This document shows positions 60,379 through 64,000 of a stretch of DNA of 64,000 nucleotides, one piece after another; the first letter of the stretch is position 1; each line of letters opens with the position of its first letter. The DNA lies in IMG/VR virus record IMGVR_UViG_3300013132_005788, positions 5,329 through 69,328 of that record; one strand, written 5' to 3'. The position numbers were made by a program, and so were the translations under genes. Source of the DNA: a virus. Below the pieces are notes generated by a model. The model did no database searches and was not told where the DNA came from. It saw nothing but the letters and a program-made list of their open reading frames with translations.

Positions 60379-60402
60379 TATATAGAGCATCCATAAAATA
60401 GC

Positions 60403-60780
60403 ATGAATCTTAGAGGACAGATAATAACAGGAAGATACTATGATCTCGTTACCAAAGAGCTTTACAGCCAAACCGTTACTGGTGAGGCTTTTGATCTTCT
60501 ATCGTACAGTTTTACTTTTTGGAGAAACATAAAGGGACTTGATAAGGTCTTTGTGTGCTCTAGCGAATTTTATGTGATCGCTAAAACCGATTCTCTAGGA
60601 GTTCCGGATTATTCAGATCTTTATTATATTCCTTCGGGATATGCCACGGGGATAAAATTTCCTCTGAGATCCGATATTGAAGTAAATGCGGATGTTAGGG
60701 GAAGAATAACGGGGAAGACCTACAATTTCGATACCCATCGAGTGGGAAGAAGTCACAAGATAAAAAATAACTCATGTTAA
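60403..60780 (+). CDS. Hypothetical protein
   Basis: ORF preceded by the AATATATA variant at 60377. Confidence 0.5.
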   Translation: MNLRGQIITGRYYDLVTKELYSQTVTGEAFDLLSYSFTFWRNIKGLDKVFVCSSEFYVIAKTDSLGVPDYSDLYYIPSGYATGIKFPLRSDIEVNADVRGRITGKTYNFDTHRVGRSHKIKNNSC

Positions 60781-61112
60781 TAGATAACGATCCCAATAAA
60801 AAATGGCTCAAATGGGAGGATAACACCCTTATTTGGGGAGACAAGGACGGCTTCAAATGGGAAGCTGTTTATCTTCTTCTGAATAAGATTAAAGGGATTC
60901 TTTCCGGAGGCGGAATAGATCCTCTTGCCCCTATGGAGGATCTAAGCAAGAAGCTTTCGGAGGAGGAACAGGAAACTCTCATAAAAGTAGTTTGCGAGAT
61001 CAACGGAATGGTGTACGTGAAATCCAAGAAGAAAAGTCTTGTGAAATCCATTACAGTAGACCAGATCAATAAGACAATAAATGCAATCATTGGAGTTAAA
61101 GTGGATATATAA
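60774..61112 (+). CDS. Hypothetical protein
   Basis: ORF coupled to the previous gene. Confidence 0.5.
   Translation: MLIDNDPNKKWLKWEDNTLIWGDKDGFKWEAVYLLLNKIKGILSGGGIDPLAPMEDLSKKLSEEEQETLIKVVCEINGMVYVKSKKKSLVKSITVDQINKTINAIIGVKVDI
61104..61111 (+). promoter_or_regulatory. Putative late promoter GATATATA
   Basis: Exact octamer overlapping the upstream stop codon. Confidence 0.6.
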
Positions 61113-61130
61113 CCCATAAAGAATTCCAGA

Positions 61131-61859
61131 ATGATTAAGAAATTCACACAATTTAAGGGAACCAAATCATCGGATGGCAAAAATCCAGTTTTTAAGCCAT
61201 TTGAGATCACTGAGAGCGAAGCTCCTGTGTATGAGAAACCGCAAAAACCCAAAAAGGAAAGAACCGAGAATATCTCTAATTCCTCAAAGGCTGCTGAAAA
61301 AATGAGTGTGCAAGAGTCTTTCATACCTATAAATATCCCCTCTTTTGACCGCATTATAAAAGATCTCCAATCTAAAATTACACCACAGGAAAGGGAAGAA
61401 TCTGAAATAGATTCCGAAAATATCCCTGATGAGTCTATGGACTCCGTAGAAGATGTGGTCCATAATTATTCAGAACCGATTGAAGAACCCCTTATAGGAT
61501 ATAGAATTTTTAGGGATAAGGCGGAGACCTTTGAATGTAAAATTTCGATCGAGGGAGCTAATCCACAGAATTCATCTGTCAGATTGGTGCTAGATTCCAA
61601 TGAATGGAATCTTATATTCTATGGAAGAATAGATCAGAATGGAAGATGCGTGATTCCATTGAAAAAGATCTCGATTCTTTCTGAAAAATGTAGGGGTGAA
61701 ATCAGATTGGAAGTGATAGCAGATGAAACTCTCTTCGTCCCATGGAAGGAAGAATTCGTTGTTTTTCCTTCTAAAAAAGTTACCGTTGAGGTGTTATCCG
61801 GATCGCGTAACAATCCTGAAAATCCCGCTATAAAAGTTACTGGAATAAAAGGACAATAA
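61131..61859 (+). CDS. Hypothetical protein with leader-like N-terminus and C-terminal beta-sandwich
   Basis: MIKKFTQF...FEITE; low-complexity N-half. Confidence 0.5.
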   Translation: MIKKFTQFKGTKSSDGKNPVFKPFEITESEAPVYEKPQKPKKERTENISNSSKAAEKMSVQESFIPINIPSFDRIIKDLQSKITPQEREESEIDSENIPDESMDSVEDVVHNYSEPIEEPLIGYRIFRDKAETFECKISIEGANPQNSSVRLVLDSNEWNLIFYGRIDQNGRCVIPLKKISILSEKCRGEIRLEVIADETLFVPWKEEFVVFPSKKVTVEVLSGSRNNPENPAIKVTGIKGQ

Positions 61860-61863
61860 CTAG

Positions 61864-62453
<590 letters not shown>

Positions 62454-62457
<4 letters not shown>

Positions 62458-62669
62458 TCCAGCAGTACATCAATATCAGGCAGGGTGGAGGTGGAGTGAG
62501 TTATACTGCTCTAACGGATGACACACAAGAGCCAGTTTACTATATTGGCTGGACAAGTGACAATACTACGTACTACATCACCAGGATCACAGTAGCAGAT
62601 GACGGTACTACGACAACTGGAGCAGCTACTGGTTCATGGGGTGATAGATATATTCTAATTTATACATAA
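62454..62669 (+). CDS. Small hypothetical protein in the fibre cassette
   Basis: ATGA coupling; YYIG...ITRI...W.DR...Y pattern. Confidence 0.55.
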
Positions 62670-62680
62670 AAAAATAAAAT

Positions 62681-62860
62681 ATGGAAAACAAAATCAGCAT
62701 AGTGATAAGCCCGACATCTGATGCCTACGCAGTGGTGCTGCGGTGCTACACAATCAATGATGAGGGTGAGCAGGTGACGGTGGCGCAGAGCGTGACTACC
62801 GTAGCCGATGTTGACGCGGCAATGAGCCTGACAGAGGCGTTCATCCAAGCAAATAAGTGA
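62681..62860 (+). CDS. Small hypothetical protein (59 aa, not in ORF track)
   Basis: MENKISIVISPTSDAYAVVLRC...FIQANK; A-rich start; ends 1 nt before the next ATG. Confidence 0.6.
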   Translation: MENKISIVISPTSDAYAVVLRCYTINDEGEQVTVAQSVTTVADVDAAMSLTEAFIQANK

Positions 62861-62861
62861 G

Positions 62862-63917
62862 ATGGCAAACAGGTATCTGATAGCATCAGGAGACAGCGAG
62901 AACCCCGCTATCTATGATGGTGGCACACTGCCCGCTGCGGATGATGTGCTTCGATTGAATGGATTTGTGTGGACGGTTACAGCGAACCGTACACTGGCGC
63001 AGTTGAGATGTGATGCGTCTGCCCCTGCGGTAGCAAGCAACGCCTCACGTCAGGTAATCATTAACAATGGCGTGACGCTGATTTGCACCGAACTGGTGCA
63101 GGGAATAGCTGATGCCGTGGACGGATTGATTGGGGTGCAGGCTGGAGGCACAGGCACGGTAGTATCTCCATCCTTTGTTCGCGGCATTAGCGGTGTTCAG
63201 GCCACATCTACACTGAACATCATCGGCAACTGTGACACCACGGGGGTTATTAGTAGTCAAGGTTTAGTTAGGGGGGCAGGCACTACTAACATTACAGGAA
63301 ATGTGGTAAACCCTGTTAATTATGTGGCGGATGCGATTCTCGGAGGGGCACTTAACATCACGGGCAATATAACTCAAAATGGTGGTTTGGGCGTGTGGGC
63401 GAGAGGAACAACGGCCATACAGGTCACGGGTAACATTATTAACGCGGCAGTTCCCTTCTACGACACTACCACCACCACCTACCCTACATTCGTCCATTAC
63501 GGGTCTGCAATCGCTGGAACTGCACCAGTCATTCGCAGCCGTAGCCCATACCACGGCACAGGCCCGTTCATCAACAACGGGGAGGTGATGGCGTTAAGCT
63601 GTGACAGGGTTCGACTTCTCGGAACGGACAATCAATGGTCAATGATTAAGGCGGATGGCTCGGCACAGATACTCAGAACCGCTGGCCTGCTCACGGGCTA
63701 CCCACCCGAAGCCAAAGTGGAGGACGGCACTGTTTACGGCCCCTCAAGTGAGTTCACGGGTACGCTGTCACCTGTTAACGTGGACGTGCAGCAGTTGGCA
63801 AGTGACCTGCTCAATGAAATTGCCATCTCCTCTATACCATTAGCTGAACGCCTCCGCAACGTGGCCACTACCTCTACAGTCAACTCTGCTATTGGATCTA
63901 TCAATGTGATACCATAA
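62862..63917 (+). CDS. Beta-helix-like putative fibre/adhesin protein
   Basis: Repeated (L/T)NI(I/T)GN units; GYP.EAKV..GTVYGP..EFTGTL C-terminal motif; GC-rich. Confidence 0.6.
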   Translation: MANRYLIASGDSENPAIYDGGTLPAADDVLRLNGFVWTVTANRTLAQLRCDASAPAVASNASRQVIINNGVTLICTELVQGIADAVDGLIGVQAGGTGTVVSPSFVRGISGVQATSTLNIIGNCDTTGVISSQGLVRGAGTTNITGNVVNPVNYVADAILGGALNITGNITQNGGLGVWARGTTAIQVTGNIINAAVPFYDTTTTTYPTFVHYGSAIAGTAPVIRSRSPYHGTGPFINNGEVMALSCDRVRLLGTDNQWSMIKADGSAQILRTAGLLTGYPPEAKVEDGTVYGPSSEFTGTLSPVNVDVQQLASDLLNEIAISSIPLAERLRNVATTSTVNSAIGSINVIP

Positions 63918-63922
63918 GCCCT

Positions 63923-63930
63923 GATATATA
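63923..63930 (+). promoter_or_regulatory. Putative late promoter GATATATA
   Basis: Exact octamer upstream of ATG 63963. Confidence 0.55.
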
Positions 63931-63962
63931 GCCATAGAGACCAGCCAAAAAACCCACCAGCC

Positions 63963-64000
63963 ATGGCCAAAACCACCACCACTCAAGCCCGCCGCCCCAA
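63963..64000 (+). CDS. Start of a CDS truncated by the window edge
   Basis: MAKTTTTQARRP..., open to the window end, after a GATATATA. Confidence 0.35.
   Translation, partial: MAKTTTTQARRP

Overview
A 64 kb segment of a large (jumbo-type) T4-like tailed phage genome, probably infecting a Bacteroidota host. Host clues are DUF4494-like and Hc1-like small proteins, a TAnnTTTG box, and A-rich translation starts without obvious Shine-Dalgarno sequences. Essentially all genes are on the + strand, densely packed, and read in the standard code. Content: large virion/baseplate/fibre proteins, a T4-like replication and recombination set (RuvC-like resolvase, gp32 SSB, gp61 primase, UvsY, UvsW, clamp, two-subunit topoisomerase II), NrdA/NrdB, dUTPase, UvsE, an MBD4-like glycosylase, Hsp20, DnaJ and glycosyltransferases. 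Main observations: (1) About a dozen otherwise unrelated proteins share an N-terminal [FY]xx[FY]-hydrophobic-x-E leader resembling the T4 capsid-targeting sequence, and most sit directly behind a GATATATA late-type promoter. This suggests a head-packaged, injected protein set that includes a metallopeptidase/vWA/MoxR-AAA+ triad and an RNA-ligase/nucleotidyltransferase fusion with internal copies of the motif. (2) The family B DNA polymerase is split in the fingers into two genes about 22 kb apart. (3) Two interleaved promoter classes are readable from the sequence, plus a sigma54-like promoter at hsp20. (4) A structured leader lies upstream of nrdA. (5) A GC-rich, GATC-poor fibre cassette sits at the right end. 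Functional calls come from motif recognition by eye; no searches were run.
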